Of a DNA stretch of 64,000 nt, positions 1 to 12,721 are shown piece by piece; the first letter of the stretch is position 1; every line of letters begins with the position of its first letter. The notes under the pieces were generated by a model that saw only the letters and a program-made list of their open reading frames with translations, ran no database searches and was not told the DNA's origin. Source of the stretch: an uncultured Gemmatimonadaceae bacterium (GTDB taxonomy: Bacteria; Gemmatimonadota; Gemmatimonadetes; Gemmatimonadales; Gemmatimonadaceae); assembly GCA_963781585.1 (NCBI GenBank), contig CAWAGQ010000013.1, positions 224,001 through 288,000 on the forward strand, given 5' to 3'. The position numbers and the translations under genes are program-made.

Positions 1-3000
1 CGCTGTGAAGATCGCTGCGCGACAGGAGCTGCAGCTCCACGTCCATCATCTTCTTGTCCATGTCCTCGATGGACTTGAGCATGTCAGCCTTGCCGGCGTT
101 CGCCTTGCGCTGATCCTCGAGCTGCTTCCGCATCACCTCCAACCGGTTGATCATGTTGACGGCAGTATTCATGTCGTCGCGGATGCGGATCTGGGTCTTC
201 GTCGAAAGCGCGAGATCGGCGTCACTGGCAGTGATGGTTGGATCCCGGCGGATCTGGAGTCCCTGGGTGTACGGCTTGCCGTTGATGGTGAGCCGCACCG
301 AATAACGACCCGGGACGCCGAGCGGGCCGGTGCGCTCCGGGCCCTGGATGCCCCAGTGCTCGAGCGGACGGATTTCCTTGCCCTTGAAGCGGGGCTCGTC
401 CCAGATGTGCGGGTTGTCCGGCGGCGTAGTTCGCATCTCCACCTGCTTCGGGCCGTCGTACCGCACGTCCCAGACGACCCGATTGAGGCCGGTGCGCCCC
501 ATCTGATGGATGGTGCGGATAACCGTACCGGTCGAATCGGCGATCTCGATCGCGAGCGTGTCCTTCGGCGCCGCCTTGAGGTTGAAATTGATGTCGATGC
601 TCCCGCCGCGCGGCTCGCGGAAGCCGGTACGAGGCGCGAACAAGAAGGCGTCGGCGTCGGCCACTACCTTGTCCGCCTGCTCGAGCATCGTGATATCGCG
701 CAGCACGTACAAGCCGCGCCCGTACGTCGACACCACCACGTCATGATAGGGCTTGGAGACCACGATCCACGTAACCGGGGCCGCCGGGAGCCCGTTCTTG
801 AACTGGGTCCAGTGCCCACCGTCGTCCATGGAGTAGTAGAACGCGTTTCCCGTGCCGGCGAACAGCATCCCGCGCCGGTTGGGGTTCTCGGCGACGGACA
901 TCGCGTACGACAGCGGATGGTCCGACGGCAGCCCGTCGCTGATTCTCGTCCACGTCTTGCCGAAGTCGCTGGTCTTGTAGATGTACGGCTTCCGGTCGTC
1001 CATCAGGTGCAGATCGACGGTCACGTACGCCGTTGCGGGATCGAAATGCGACGGTTCGATCTTGCGCACCGTGCCCCAGGCCGGCAGCCCGGAAATATTC
1101 CTGCTGACGTTGGTCCAGTTGCCACCGCCGGTGGTCGTGTACCAGATCTGGCCGTCGTTGGTCCCGGCCCAGATCAGACCCTTCTGGGTGTCGGACGGGG
1201 CAATGGCGAAGACCACCTCGCCGTAGAATTGCCCGAGGTTGTCGCCCACGACGCCGCCTGACGAGACGATCCGGCTGGAGTCCCGGGTCGAGAGGTCGGG
1301 GCTCACCACGCTCCAGCTCTGCCCCGCGTTGGACGTTTTGAAGATGACCTGGCAGCCGTAGTAGACGGTATTGGGGTCGAACGGGTCGATCGCCAGCGGC
1401 GGAGTCCAGTGGCACCGGTATTTCGCGTCGTTAGGCGGCGAATCGAGTGTGTGGACCCAGGGACTCACCGAGCGGGCGCTGCCCAGTTTCGCGTCGTACC
1501 GCGTGACCTGGTTGCCGTAGCAGCTGGCCCAGATGATGTCGGGATTGCCGGGCGTGGGCAGCGTGAAGCCGGATTCACATCCGCCGAGTCCACCCTGCCA
1601 TGCGTTGCTCCCGCCCCGTCCGCCCCGTCCCCCCCCACCGAAGCGCCCGAAGCCTCCACCTCCGCCGCCCGGGCCCCCGTCCCCGCGGCCGCCGCGGGCC
1701 GGCGCCACGATGTTGGGCAGCGGCACCGGTTGGTTGCTGGGCCCGCGCATCGTGCCGTCATCCTGGCGGTTGCTGTAGATCCAGTACGGCACCTGGTCGT
1801 CGATCGCCACGTGATACATCTGGCCGATGGGGAGATCAATCGTGGTGAAGCTCTGGCCGTGATTTCGGGTATAGCCGGCTCCCGCGTCACCGGTCACCAC
1901 CCAGTGCGCCGGATTCCGCTGGTCCATCCAGATGTCGTGGCAGTCGCCACACCCCCCGCCGCTCACCGCGAACGTCACGCCGCCGTCGAGCGACCGGTGA
2001 AAGGTGCTGTTGGCCACGAGCACCTCGAGATCGTTCTGCGGGTTGACCTCGATGCGGATGTAGTAGCCGGCGCGGCCGATCAGCGTGCGATCCCAGCTCA
2101 CCACCTGCCACGCCTCGCCCCCGTCGTCGGAACGCCAGAGCGAGCCCTGATCCGGCGTCTGGATGAGCGCGTACACGCGCTTGGGATTCGACGGCGCCAC
2201 CGAAACGTCGATCTTTCCCACCGGCGACTTCGGGAGCCCCTTCTCGAGCCGCGTCCAGGTGGAGCCACTGTCGCGCGAGACGTACACGCCGCTCCCCGGC
2301 CCGCCGCTGAACATCGCCCAGGTGTGCATTACGACTTCCCACGTGCCCGCGAACAGGACTTTCGGGTCGCTGCGATCGATGGTCAGCCCGGAACATCCCG
2401 TGTTCTCGTTCACGAACAGCACGCGCTCCCAGGTTGTCCCGCCGTCCTTCGTGCGATACACGCCGCGTTCCTGCTGCGGACCCGTGGTACGACCCAGCGC
2501 ACACACGTAGACGATGTTGGGATTGGTCGGGTTGATGATGATGCGCCCGATGCGCCCAGTCTCGTCGAGCCCCATGTGCTTCCAGGTGGCGCCGGCGTCG
2601 GTGGACTTGTAGACCCCGTCTCCCATGACGTCGGCATCCCGAATCGCCCACGCCTCTCCCGTTCCGGCCCACACGATCCGCGGATTCGACGGCGCCACGG
2701 CGAGCGCGCCGATCGCCTGCACCGGCTCGTCGTCGAAGATGGGCGTGAAGGTCTCGGCGCCGTCGGTGGTCTTCCAGATGCCGCCCGATGCCGCGCCGAA
2801 GTAGTAGGTTGTCGTGTCACCGGGCACGCCGGCGACCGAGGCAACCCGCCCGGCCGGCGCCGGCCCGACGTACTGGAAACGGGGAGGCTGCGGCGGAGGC
2901 GCCGCCTGACCGCCACGACCCCCGCGCTGCGCGAGGGCGCTAGACGACAACCCGGAAACCAGGCAGAGCGCGCCGAGCGCGGCGCGGGTCGAGCAGCGTG

Positions 3001-3013
3001 CTATGGCATCCAT
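1..3013 (-). CDS. VPS10/sortilin-like BNR-repeat exported protein (3' end runs off the window)
   Basis: ATG at 3013 with GAGGAG RBS; signal-peptide-like MDAIARCSTRAALGALCLVSGLSSSALAQ; YVGPAPAGRVASVAG, GGIWKTTDG and repeated Asp-box S-x-D-G-G-x-T-W motifs. Absent from the ORF track because no stop lies inside the window. Confidence 0.88.
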   Translation of the reverse strand, partial: MDAIARCSTRAALGALCLVSGLSSSALAQRGGRGGQAAPPPQPPRFQYVGPAPAGRVASVAGVPGDTTTYYFGAASGGIWKTTDGAETFTPIFDDEPVQAIGALAVAPSNPRIVWAGTGEAWAIRDADVMGDGVYKSTDAGATWKHMGLDETGRIGRIIINPTNPNIVYVCALGRTTGPQQERGVYRTKDGGTTWERVLFVNENTGCSGLTIDRSDPKVLFAGTWEVVMHTWAMFSGGPGSGVYVSRDSGSTWTRLEKGLPKSPVGKIDVSVAPSNPKRVYALIQTPDQGSLWRSDDGGEAWQVVSWDRTLIGRAGYYIRIEVNPQNDLEVLVANSTFHRSLDGGVTFAVSGGGCGDCHDIWMDQRNPAHWVVTGDAGAGYTRNHGQSFTTIDLPIGQMYHVAIDDQVPYWIYSNRQDDGTMRGPSNQPVPLPNIVAPARGGRGDGGPGGGGGGFGRFGGGGRGGRGGSNAWQGGLGGCESGFTLPTPGNPDIIWASCYGNQVTRYDAKLGSARSVSPWVHTLDSPPNDAKYRCHWTPPLAIDPFDPNTVYYGCQVIFKTSNAGQSWSVVSPDLSTRDSSRIVSSGGVVGDNLGQFYGEVVFAIAPSDTQKGLIWAGTNDGQIWYTTTGGGNWTNVSRNISGLPAWGTVRKIEPSHFDPATAYVTVDLHLMDDRKPYIYKTSDFGKTWTRISDGLPSDHPLSYAMSVAENPNRRGMLFAGTGNAFYYSMDDGGHWTQFKNGLPAAPVTWIVVSKPYHDVVVSTYGRGLYVLRDITMLEQADKVVADADAFLFAPRTGFREPRGGSIDINFNLKAAPKDTLAIEIADSTGTVIRTIHQMGRTGLNRVVWDVRYDGPKQVEMRTTPPDNPHIWDEPRFKGKEIRPLEHWGIQGPERTGPLGVPGRYSVRLTINGKPYTQGLQIRRDPTITASDADLALSTKTQIRIRDDMNTAVNMINRLEVMRKQLEDQRKANAGKADMLKSIEDMDKKMMDVELQLLSRSDLHS

Positions 3014-3220
3014 TGACTCCTCTCTATCTGACGCAGGATCGCGATCGCGCGCATGCGAAAGCGGTTCAGTCGAGGGGTGGCTTCCGGAAAAGTCCCGGGG
3101 ACATCCCCCCATACAGGGACGATGGTGGTCGGCGAAACCGGGCCGGCGTGACCGGACTAAAGCTGCGTTGGGAAGCGTACTCGTCGCAACGAGCAGCGGT
3201 AATTCGGCGCAGACCGGAAA

Positions 3221-4297
3221 TCAGGCCAGCTTTTGAGAGGTCGTACGGTCGAAAAGATGAATGGCAGCGGTCGGGACGCCCACCGGAACCACGTCGTCCG
3301 GCTGAACCGGTGGCTCCGACCGCGCAGCAGCGAGCAGCGCGTCCCCGTCCGGGAGCGCGAGATGCAGGATCTGTTCGTTTCCCAGCCGTTCCACGAGAGT
3401 GACGGACAGGCGGAGCGCCTCGGGTTCGTCGCTCAGCGTCAGGTCGTGAGGTCGGATTCCGAGCAGCACCGTCCGATCGCGGTGGGACGAAGCCGCCGGT
3501 GAGAGTGCGATGCTGAGGCCGCTTCCCTCGAAGCGGCAATGCTCCCCAGTGCAGCGGATCGTGCCGCGGAGGAGGTTCATGGCCGGGCTGCCGATGAAGG
3601 TAGCCACGAACGCGTTGGCCGGGCGGCGGTAGAGCGCGTCGGGGGTATCGACCTGCTGCAGGGCTCCGTCGCGAAGTACCGCCACCCGGTCGCCTAACGT
3701 CATGGCCTCCACCTGATCGTGGGTGACGTAGAGCATGGTGGCGGCAAGCCGGCGATGCAGCCGCGCCAACTCGGCGCGGGTACCGGCGCGGAGCTGGGCA
3801 TCGAGGTTGGAGAGCGGTTCGTCGAACAGAAACGCGCGTGGCTCGCGCACGATCGCGCGCCCCAGTGCCACCCGCTGCCGCTGCCCGCCGGAGAGTTGCG
3901 CCGGACGTCGCTCGAGAAGCTCCACGATGTCGAGCAGCCGCGCCACGTCGTCGACGCGGCGGGCGATCTCCGCTTGCGGGCGTCCGCGCACGCGGAGTCC
4001 GAAGCCGAGGTTCCGGCGAACCGTCATGTGCGGGTAGAGCGCGTAGCTCTGGAAGACCATCGCCACGCCCCGGTCCTGTGGCGGAATCGTGGTGACGTCC
4101 TGGTCGTCGAACAGGACGCGCCCCGCGGTGGGGGCTTCGAGCCCGGCGACGAGCCGCAGCGCCGTAGACTTGCCGCTGCCGGACGGTCCCACCAGAACCA
4201 GGAATTCGCCGTCGGATACGGTGAGATTCAGATCGTCCAGCGCCACCGGACCGGACGGAAAGCGCTTCGTCAGGTGTTCGAGCCGGATGCGAGCCAC
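3221..4297 (-). CDS. Carbohydrate ABC transporter ATP-binding subunit (MalK/SugC-like)
   Basis: Walker A GPSGSGKST, signature LSGGQRQR, FDEPLSNLD, VTHDQVEAMTLGDR, C-terminal TOBE-like region. Confidence 0.95.
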   Translation of the reverse strand: MARIRLEHLTKRFPSGPVALDDLNLTVSDGEFLVLVGPSGSGKSTALRLVAGLEAPTAGRVLFDDQDVTTIPPQDRGVAMVFQSYALYPHMTVRRNLGFGLRVRGRPQAEIARRVDDVARLLDIVELLERRPAQLSGGQRQRVALGRAIVREPRAFLFDEPLSNLDAQLRAGTRAELARLHRRLAATMLYVTHDQVEAMTLGDRVAVLRDGALQQVDTPDALYRRPANAFVATFIGSPAMNLLRGTIRCTGEHCRFEGSGLSIALSPAASSHRDRTVLLGIRPHDLTLSDEPEALRLSVTLVERLGNEQILHLALPDGDALLAAARSEPPVQPDDVVPVGVPTAAIHLFDRTTSQKLA

Positions 4298-4303
4298 GCG
4301 CGT

Positions 4304-5185
4304 CTAGCCCCGCACCGCGCCGGAGGTCAGCCCGCTCACGATCCGGCGCTGGAAGGCGAGCACGACGGCGGCCACCGGTACAGTCGCGACCACGGCCGCG
4401 GCGAGGATCTCGCCCCACGGCACCTGGTACTGGCCGCGGAAGAGCGCGATGGCCACCGGTACGGTCTGGTGTTCCGGCCCCAGTGTGAACGACAACGCGA
4501 ACAGGAACTCGTTCCAGCAGAACACGAAGACGAGAATGGCGGTGGTGGCCAGTCCAGGCACCGCCAGCGGGAGAATGACGCGCGTGAACGCCTGCCAGCG
4601 TGAGGCCCCGTCGATCAGGGCCGCCTCCTCGAGATCGCGCGGGAGCTGGCGGTAGAACGAGACCAGCAACCAGATGGCCAGCGGCATGGCGAAGGCGAGG
4701 TACGGCAGGATGAGTCCCGCGAAGGTGTCGATCAGCCGCAGGCTGCGCAGCAGCAGATAGAGCGGGCTCACGATCGCGATCTGGGGAAACATCGTCACCA
4801 CCAGCACGAAGGCAAGGATGGCGCGCCGCCGCCGCACCCGGAGCCGCGCCAGCGCGTAGGCCGCCAAACCGCCTAACGACACGCACAGCGCGGTGGTGCA
4901 CCCGGCCACCACCAGCGAGTTCCGCAGGGGGAGCCAGAAGTGGCGCTGGGTGAACACCGCGCGGTAGTGCGACAGCGTCAGGGCCCGCGGCCAGAGGGTG
5001 GGTTGGCGGAACAGCGCGGCCTCGGGCGTCACCGACGCCACCACCAGCCAGCAGGCGGGCAGGGCGATGGCGACCAGCACGATGCCGAGACCGGCGCTCC
5101 AGGCCCACCGGGGAAGCCGCGCGGTCACCCGGCGCCCGGCGTCAGGTGGGCGATCTTCCCTGCTCCGGGTGGACGACGCGGTCAC
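4304..5185 (-). CDS. Carbohydrate ABC transporter permease (MalG/SugB-like)
   Basis: EAA loop LEEAALIDGASRWQAF, WNEFLFAL, several TM helices. GTG start overlaps the upstream TGA; alternative start 5128. Confidence 0.92.
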   Translation of the reverse strand: MTASSTRSREDRPPDAGRRVTARLPRWAWSAGLGIVLVAIALPACWLVVASVTPEAALFRQPTLWPRALTLSHYRAVFTQRHFWLPLRNSLVVAGCTTALCVSLGGLAAYALARLRVRRRRAILAFVLVVTMFPQIAIVSPLYLLLRSLRLIDTFAGLILPYLAFAMPLAIWLLVSFYRQLPRDLEEAALIDGASRWQAFTRVILPLAVPGLATTAILVFVFCWNEFLFALSFTLGPEHQTVPVAIALFRGQYQVPWGEILAAAVVATVPVAAVVLAFQRRIVSGLTSGAVRG

Positions 5186-6155
5186 GGCGCGCTCCGCGTG
5201 AGGTCGGCACCCAGGCCGCGCACGTACACCAGCGCGAGGAGGCCGGTGACGGCGAACACGCACACCGAGAGCGCCGCCCCGTACCCGAACCGCAGGTTCT
5301 GGAGCAGCGTGGTAAACGTGTACAGGGCGACCGGTTCGGTGGAGGTGCCGGGTCCGCCGGCCGTGAGCACGTATATCAGATCGAAGACGCGGAAGGCGTC
5401 GAGCGTGCGGAAGATGAGCGCGACCAGGATGGCGGGGCGCAGCAGCGGGAGCGTGATGTGCCAGAGACGGCGCCAGGCGCCGGCTCCGTCGACCGCGGCG
5501 GCCTCGTACAGCGACGCGTCGATGTTCTGCAGCCCGGCCAGGAGCAGGAGCGCCACGAACGGCGTGGTCTTCCAGATGTCCGCGAGCATGATGGGGATCC
5601 ATGCCGTCGTGGCGCGGACGAACCAGACGACGGGGTGATCGATCACGCCGACGCCCATCAGCACGGCGTTGGCGATGCCGGCCTGGGTGTCGAACAGGAA
5701 ACGCCACAGCAGGGCGACCACCACGGTGGGGATTGCCCACGGCAGAACGATTGCGGCGCGCACGAGCCCGCGACCGTGGAACGCACGATTCATGGCGAGC
5801 GCGAACCCCAGTCCCAGCAGCAGCTCGGCTGACACGGTGACGCCGGTGAACAGCGCGGTGTGCGCGAGCGCGAGCAGGAAGCGGGGGTCGTGCGCGACCG
5901 CGATGTAGTTGGCCAGTCCCACGAACGGCTCACCGAGCCACGGCATCCGCAGGTCATGGCGGTGGAGCGATTCCCAGATCGTCCAGCCCAGGGGGAAGAT
6001 CGCCATCAGCAGAACGACACCGATGGCGGGCGCGATCAGTGCACCGGCAAGCCGGCGCTCACTGCGGGCCATGTCGTCTGCCGGACCGTGTCGGCTGCCG
6101 AAGGGACCGTCAGACGCTTCTGCCGCGCGTGCTGCACTCCCCGAAGGTGACGGAC

Positions 6156-6159
<4 letters not shown>
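5182..6159 (-). CDS. Carbohydrate ABC transporter permease (MalF/SugA-like)
   Basis: FVGLANY, ADIWKTTPFVALLLLAGLQ, LYEAAAVDGAG, GGPGTST. Confidence 0.93.
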
Positions 6160-7497
<1,338 letters not shown>

Positions 7498-7505
<8 letters not shown>

Positions 7506-9399
7506 CCTTGAATACGATCATGGCCAGGGGTGGCAGCGTGACGATGATGCTGTTCAGATGTCCGTGCTGCCCCACCGGAACACTCTCCACGCCGCCCAGA
7601 TTGCCCTGGCCGCTCCCGCCGTAGAGCGGAGCGTCGCTGTTCAGAATCTCTTCCCAGTATCCGGCATGGGGGACGCCCACGCGGTAGTTGTGCCGGGGGA
7701 TGGGCGTGAAGTTGCAGCAGATGACGAGTGGTGGCGCCGGCGGATCGCCGCGCCGCAGCATCAGCAGGATGCTTTGCTGGGCGTCGTTGCAGTCGATCCA
7801 GGTGAATCCCGCGGGGTCGAAGTCGAGCTGGTAGAACGCCGGCTGGCCGCGATAGCTGGTGTTCAGGTCGCGCACCCAGCGACGGAGGCCCTGATGCATG
7901 GCCTCGTTCAGCAGGTGCCAGTCCAGGCTGCGGTCGTGGTTCCATTCGGCCACCTGGCCGAACTCGCCCCCCATGAACAGCAGCTTCTTGCCGGTCACCG
8001 CGTACTGGTAGCCGAACAGGAGCCGGAGGTTGGCGAACTTCTGCCAGCGGTCGCCGGGCATCTTGCCGAACAGCGATCCCTTGCCGTGTACCGCCTCGTC
8101 GTGCGAGAGGGGGAGGAGGAAGTTCTCGGAGAGCGCGTAGAGGCCGCGGAAGGTCAGGTTGGTGTGGTGGTGCTTGCGGTGCACGGGGTCACGCGAGAAA
8201 TAGTCCAGCGTGTCGTGCATCCAGCCCATGTCCCACTTCATCCCGAAGCCGAGGCCACCGAGGTAGGTGGGCCGCGACACCATGGGCCAGGCGGTCGATT
8301 CCTCGGCCACCGTGACCGCGCCCGGGCGTTCGCGGTAGATCTCCTCGTTCATCCGGCGCAGGAAGCCGATTGCGCCGAGGTTCTCCCGTCCCCCGAACTC
8401 GTTCGGGATCCACTCGCCCGGTTTGCGCGAGTAGTCCAGGTAGAGCATCGACGCGACCGCGTCCACCCGCAGGCCGTCGGCGTGATATTCGTCGAGCCAG
8501 AACAACGCGCTGCTGATCAGGAAGCTGCGGACTTCGTGCCGGTCATAGTTGAAGATCGCGCTGTTCCAGTCCGGGTGATGTCCCTTGCGCGGATCGCCGT
8601 GCTCGTAGAGATGCGTGCCGTCGAAGTACACCAGGCCGTGCTCGTCGGCAGGGAAGTGCGACGGCACCCAGTCGAGAATGACGCCGATCCCGTTCCGGTG
8701 CAGCACATCGATCAGATACATGAGATCCTGCGGCGTCCCGTAGCGGCTCGACGGGGCGAAGTAGCCGGTGGTCTGGTAGCCCCACGACCCGTAGAACGGG
8801 TGCTCCATGATCGGCAGGAGCTCCACGTGCGTGAACCCGGCGTCGAGGACGTAGTCCACCAGGCTGGTCGCGAGCTCGCGGTAGGTGAGCATCCGGTTCC
8901 CCTCTTCGGGGACGCGGCGCCACGAGCCGATGTGGACCTCGTAGATGGCCATCGGATCGCGCAGCGGCTGGCGCGACGACATCGCGTCACGCCACGCCTG
9001 ATCTCCCCATTCGTAGTCCAGTCCCCACACGATCGACGCCTGTCGCGGTGGTTCCTCGCAGCGGAAGGCGAGGGGATCCGCCTTGTCTACGCGGAAACGC
9101 CCCCGGCGCGACCGGATGTGGTATTTGTATGCCGCGCCGGCCGCGACCTCCGGAATGAATCCCTGCCAGACGCCGGAATCACCAGCCGACTCCAGCTGGT
9201 GGCTGTTGGTGTCCCAGCCGTTGAAGTCGCCCATCACCGAGACCGATTCGGCGTTAGGCGCCCAGACGCCGAAGGTGACACCACGCTGCCCGTTCCGCTG
9301 AGCGAAGTGCGCGCCCAGATGCCGGTAGAGCCGGAACTGGGTGCCCTCGCCGAACAGATAGAGGGCGTCGGCCGTGAGCAGGGAGTTCGCGCCGGCCAT
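7498..9399 (-). CDS. glgB: 1,4-alpha-glucan branching enzyme
   Basis: VWAPNA, IYEVHIGSW, EHPFYGSWGYQ, LDWVPSHFP, GLRVDAVASMLYLDYSR, AEESTAWP, LSHDEAVHGKGS. ATG at 9399 is coupled to the glgE stop (TGATG). Confidence 0.97.
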
Positions 9400-11462
9400 C
9401 ACAGGTAGTAGTCGAAGTCCCGCTCGGTCTTGAGCCGGCGACGCACGCGGAAGATGTGCGCGGGCACCGAGGCCGGATCGAGCGAGATGAAGTTGCGCGG
9501 ACCATGCCACAGGTAGCGCGCGTCGCTCACCAGGTCGTGCACCTGAAATGGCGTGTCGGCGTCCAGTTCGAAATCGGCCAGCGGCAGCGTCAACCACCCC
9601 GAATGCGCATGGTGCGGGTTCAGGTTCACGACCACGATCAGCAGGTCACTCTGGTCGGGCGTGCTGCGCGCGTACGCGACCAGCTCCTCATTGTCGATCT
9701 CCAGGAATTGGAGCCCCGGATGTGCGAACGCCGGATTCGCGCGGCGGATGGCGTTGACCCGCGTGATGAATGGCGCCAGCGAATCGTCACGCTCGAGGTC
9801 CCAGTGACGCACCTGATACTTCTCGGAATCGAGATACTCCTCGGTCCCGGGAACCGCACCGGCGTCGAACAGCTCGAACGTGGGTCCATAGATGCCGTAG
9901 TTGCCGGCCAGCGTCGCGGCCAGCACGAACCGGATCTGATGCGCGGCCCGGCCACCCGCCTGCAGGTACTCGTGGAGTATGTCGGGCGTGTTGGCGAACA
10001 GATTCGGCCGCAGATACTCGGCGACCTCGGTCTGTGTGAGCTCGGTGAAATAGTCGGTGAGCTCCTTCCTGGTGTTGCGCCAGGTGAAGTACGTGTACGA
10101 CTGCGAGAATCCGCTCTTGGCGAGGTGCCGCATCACCTTGGGCCGGGTAAATGCCTCGGACAGGAAAATCACGGTCGGATGCTGCGCGCGCACTTCCCGG
10201 ATCAGCCACTCCCAGAATGCAAACGGCTTGGTATGTGGATTATCCACGCGGAAGATCTCGACGCCATGGCCGATCCAGAACAGCACCACGCGCTTCATCT
10301 CCTGCCAGAGCGCCGACCAGTCGGTCGACTCGAAGAACAGCGGGTAGATGTCCTGGTACTTCTTGGGCGGATTCTCCGCGTACTGAATCGTCCCGTCCGG
10401 GCGATGACGGAACCACGCCGGATGCTCACGCGTGTACGGGTGGTCGGGCGAACACTGCAGCGCAAGGTCGAGGGCAATCTCCAGGCCCTGCTTCCGCGCC
10501 TCGTGCACCAGCAGATCGAAGTCGTCGAACGTCCCGAGCTGCGGATGAATGGCATCGTGTCCGCCATCGAGCGAACCGATCGCCCACGGGCTCCCCACGT
10601 CGTCGGCGCTCGCCGAGACGCTGTTGTTGGGTCCCTTGCGGTGGGTGACGCCGATGGGATGAATCGGTGTCAGATACAGCACGTCGAAGCCCAGCGACGC
10701 CACGTAGGGAAGGCGCGCGATCACGTCTCGCAGCGTGCCGTGGCGTCCGGGCTCGCTGCCCGCCGATCGCGGAAACATCTCGTACCACGCACCAAACTGC
10801 GCGCGCCGACGCTCCACCTCGACCTGAAGGGCCGGCGCGGAGACGGTCGCCCGTGACCGGTCGAGGTGCTGGCGCATGGTAGCGGCGAGTTCCGGCTCGA
10901 GCGCGGCTTCAACGCGTTCTGCAACAGGTGCGTTGCCGCCGATGAACTTCGCACCCTCGCGGAGCAGGGCCGCGTCGCTCCCGCCACCAGCGGCCACCTC
11001 GCTCAGCATCGCTGCTCCCTGGATCAGCTCGCTGTGCACGTCCTGATCAGCTGCCACCTTCTTCTCGAGTCCCGAGCGCCAGGTGGCGAAGTGATCCACG
11101 CATCCCAGAACGGCATACTCATAGAAGCCGAGTTCCGGCAGCGCAAAGCCGGCACTCCAACGATCGTTGCCAAGTGCCTTCATGGGAACCTCGGTCCACT
11201 GCGGGGCTCCGCGCTTCCGGAATCTCAGCAACGCGACGAGGGCGTCATGTCCCTCTGCGAAGACGTCGGCCGACACTACCAAGCGATCGTCCACCACGCG
11301 CTTCACCGGGAACCGCCCCCCATCAATGCCGGGCTTCACGCCTTCCACGACCACGCGCGGCGGCGGCATCGGTCGCTCGGGGGACTTGTCGGCTACGGCA
11401 ACCGCCGGCGCGGCGACACCGCGCTCGGCGATCGCGCTGGCCGTGCGACGCGTCCCTGTCAT
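9399..11462 (-). CDS. glgE: Alpha-1,4-glucan:maltose-1-phosphate maltosyltransferase
   Basis: AWYEMFPRS, YAENPPKKYQDIYP, FRVDNPHTKP, FLSEAFTRP, FSQSYTYFTWR, NTPDIL, EEYLDSEKYQ. Confidence 0.96.
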   Translation of the reverse strand: MTGTRRTASAIAERGVAAPAVAVADKSPERPMPPPRVVVEGVKPGIDGGRFPVKRVVDDRLVVSADVFAEGHDALVALLRFRKRGAPQWTEVPMKALGNDRWSAGFALPELGFYEYAVLGCVDHFATWRSGLEKKVAADQDVHSELIQGAAMLSEVAAGGGSDAALLREGAKFIGGNAPVAERVEAALEPELAATMRQHLDRSRATVSAPALQVEVERRRAQFGAWYEMFPRSAGSEPGRHGTLRDVIARLPYVASLGFDVLYLTPIHPIGVTHRKGPNNSVSASADDVGSPWAIGSLDGGHDAIHPQLGTFDDFDLLVHEARKQGLEIALDLALQCSPDHPYTREHPAWFRHRPDGTIQYAENPPKKYQDIYPLFFESTDWSALWQEMKRVVLFWIGHGVEIFRVDNPHTKPFAFWEWLIREVRAQHPTVIFLSEAFTRPKVMRHLAKSGFSQSYTYFTWRNTRKELTDYFTELTQTEVAEYLRPNLFANTPDILHEYLQAGGRAAHQIRFVLAATLAGNYGIYGPTFELFDAGAVPGTEEYLDSEKYQVRHWDLERDDSLAPFITRVNAIRRANPAFAHPGLQFLEIDNEELVAYARSTPDQSDLLIVVVNLNPHHAHSGWLTLPLADFELDADTPFQVHDLVSDARYLWHGPRNFISLDPASVPAHIFRVRRRLKTERDFDYYL

Positions 11463-11942
11463 CGACCCATACCAGTGTCACTGCACACACCGAACTCAGC
11501 GTGCCCGCGGGGCGGGATGGTGCGAATGCGCAGGCCCTGATGGCAATCGGTGGCGACGAGCATGGGCAGTTCTCTCCCCCGGGAAAGCAGCGCGGCGGAC
11601 TCCGTACCGTTATCGCGTGCGTGAGGCCTTGTCAAGAAATCCCGGCCTGCGCGGACGAGGCCGGGTGGCGAGCGTCGCGGTCGGCGCTGCCGGCCAGAGA
11701 GCCTAACGAGCGCTGATCTGGCCGGTCGCGCACGGCCGAGTTGCGGAGTCCGGGGACCTTCGCAACGGAACGCGTTGTCTCACAAACCGGAAGCCGTAGA
11801 TCGGCGCGACCCGCCTGGTCCAGGGGGCCGGAACTCCGGCTCGGTTCCACGACTTCGTGCTCGTGGGTATCGTATTGTGGTGAAGGTCCGGAGTCCTCCG
11901 GACGCACGGGATACGGCGGGTGAGCCCGCCGGGGAGGGAAGT

Positions 11943-12629
11943 GTGTCTCGCCTGGTGATTACCGCGGGAATCGTCGCCGCAGCGGCGCTGCCGCTCTCGG
12001 CGGTGGTGGTGCGCCGCGCGTCCATCTCGCCGAAGGCTGTTCCGGCGCCGGTGGTGCACGCCGTCAACGCGACACCCGCTACCCTGCAAACCGCCGTGTT
12101 CGCCGGCGGGTGTTTCTGGGGCATCGAGGCCGTCTTCGAACACCTCAAGGGGGTCACGGACGCCGTGTCGGGATACGCGGGCGGCGTCGAGCGGACGGCG
12201 GAATACGAGATCGTCAGCACCGGACGCACCGGTCACGCCGAGTCGGTGCGGGTGACGTTCGATCCGTCAAAGATCACCTATGAGCAGCTGCTCCAGGTCT
12301 TTTTCTCGGTGGCGCACGATCCCACGCAGCTGAACCGCCAGGGTCCTGATGTAGGCACCCAATATCGCTCGGCGATCTTCTACGCCGATTCGGAGCAGGC
12401 GCGGGTGGCGCGTGCGTACATCGACCAGCTCACCAGGGCGAAGGTGTTCGCACGCCCGATCGTGACGCAGGTTGTTCCGCTCAAGGAGTTCTACCCGGCC
12501 GAGGCGTACCATCAGGACTACATGGCGCATCACCCCAACGAGCCGTACATCGTGTTCAACGACCGACCCAAGGTGGAGCACCTGAAGAAGGAGTTCCCCG
12601 GTCTGTACCGGGAGATGGGACCGGAGTAG
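11943..12629 (+). CDS. msrA: Peptide-methionine (S)-S-oxide reductase, likely exported
   Basis: [50 protein letters not shown]; hydrophobic N-terminus after GGAGGG and GTG. Confidence 0.95.
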   Translation: MSRLVITAGIVAAAALPLSAVVVRRASISPKAVPAPVVHAVNATPATLQTAVFAGGCFWGIEAVFEHLKGVTDAVSGYAGGVERTAEYEIVSTGRTGHAESVRVTFDPSKITYEQLLQVFFSVAHDPTQLNRQGPDVGTQYRSAIFYADSEQARVARAYIDQLTRAKVFARPIVTQVVPLKEFYPAEAYHQDYMAHHPNEPYIVFNDRPKVEHLKKEFPGLYREMGPE

Positions 12630-12721
12630 TCGCTCGGCCGCGCTGGGGGGACGAGGCCGTCCTCAGCCGCTTCGTGAGGTTCGAAACAGCAGTCCGGGAG
12701 ACCCCGGCGAGGCAGGTGCGT

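Noticed and set aside
5..3016. Long plus-strand ORFs 5-1261 and 1409-3016
   Set aside because: Antisense shadows of the VPS10-like gene; no recognisable motifs, and typical of high-GC DNA.
11605..11635. Minus-strand TTGACA upstream of glgE as a sigma-70 promoter
   Set aside because: The -35 is perfect but there is no convincing -10 at 16-18 bp spacing.
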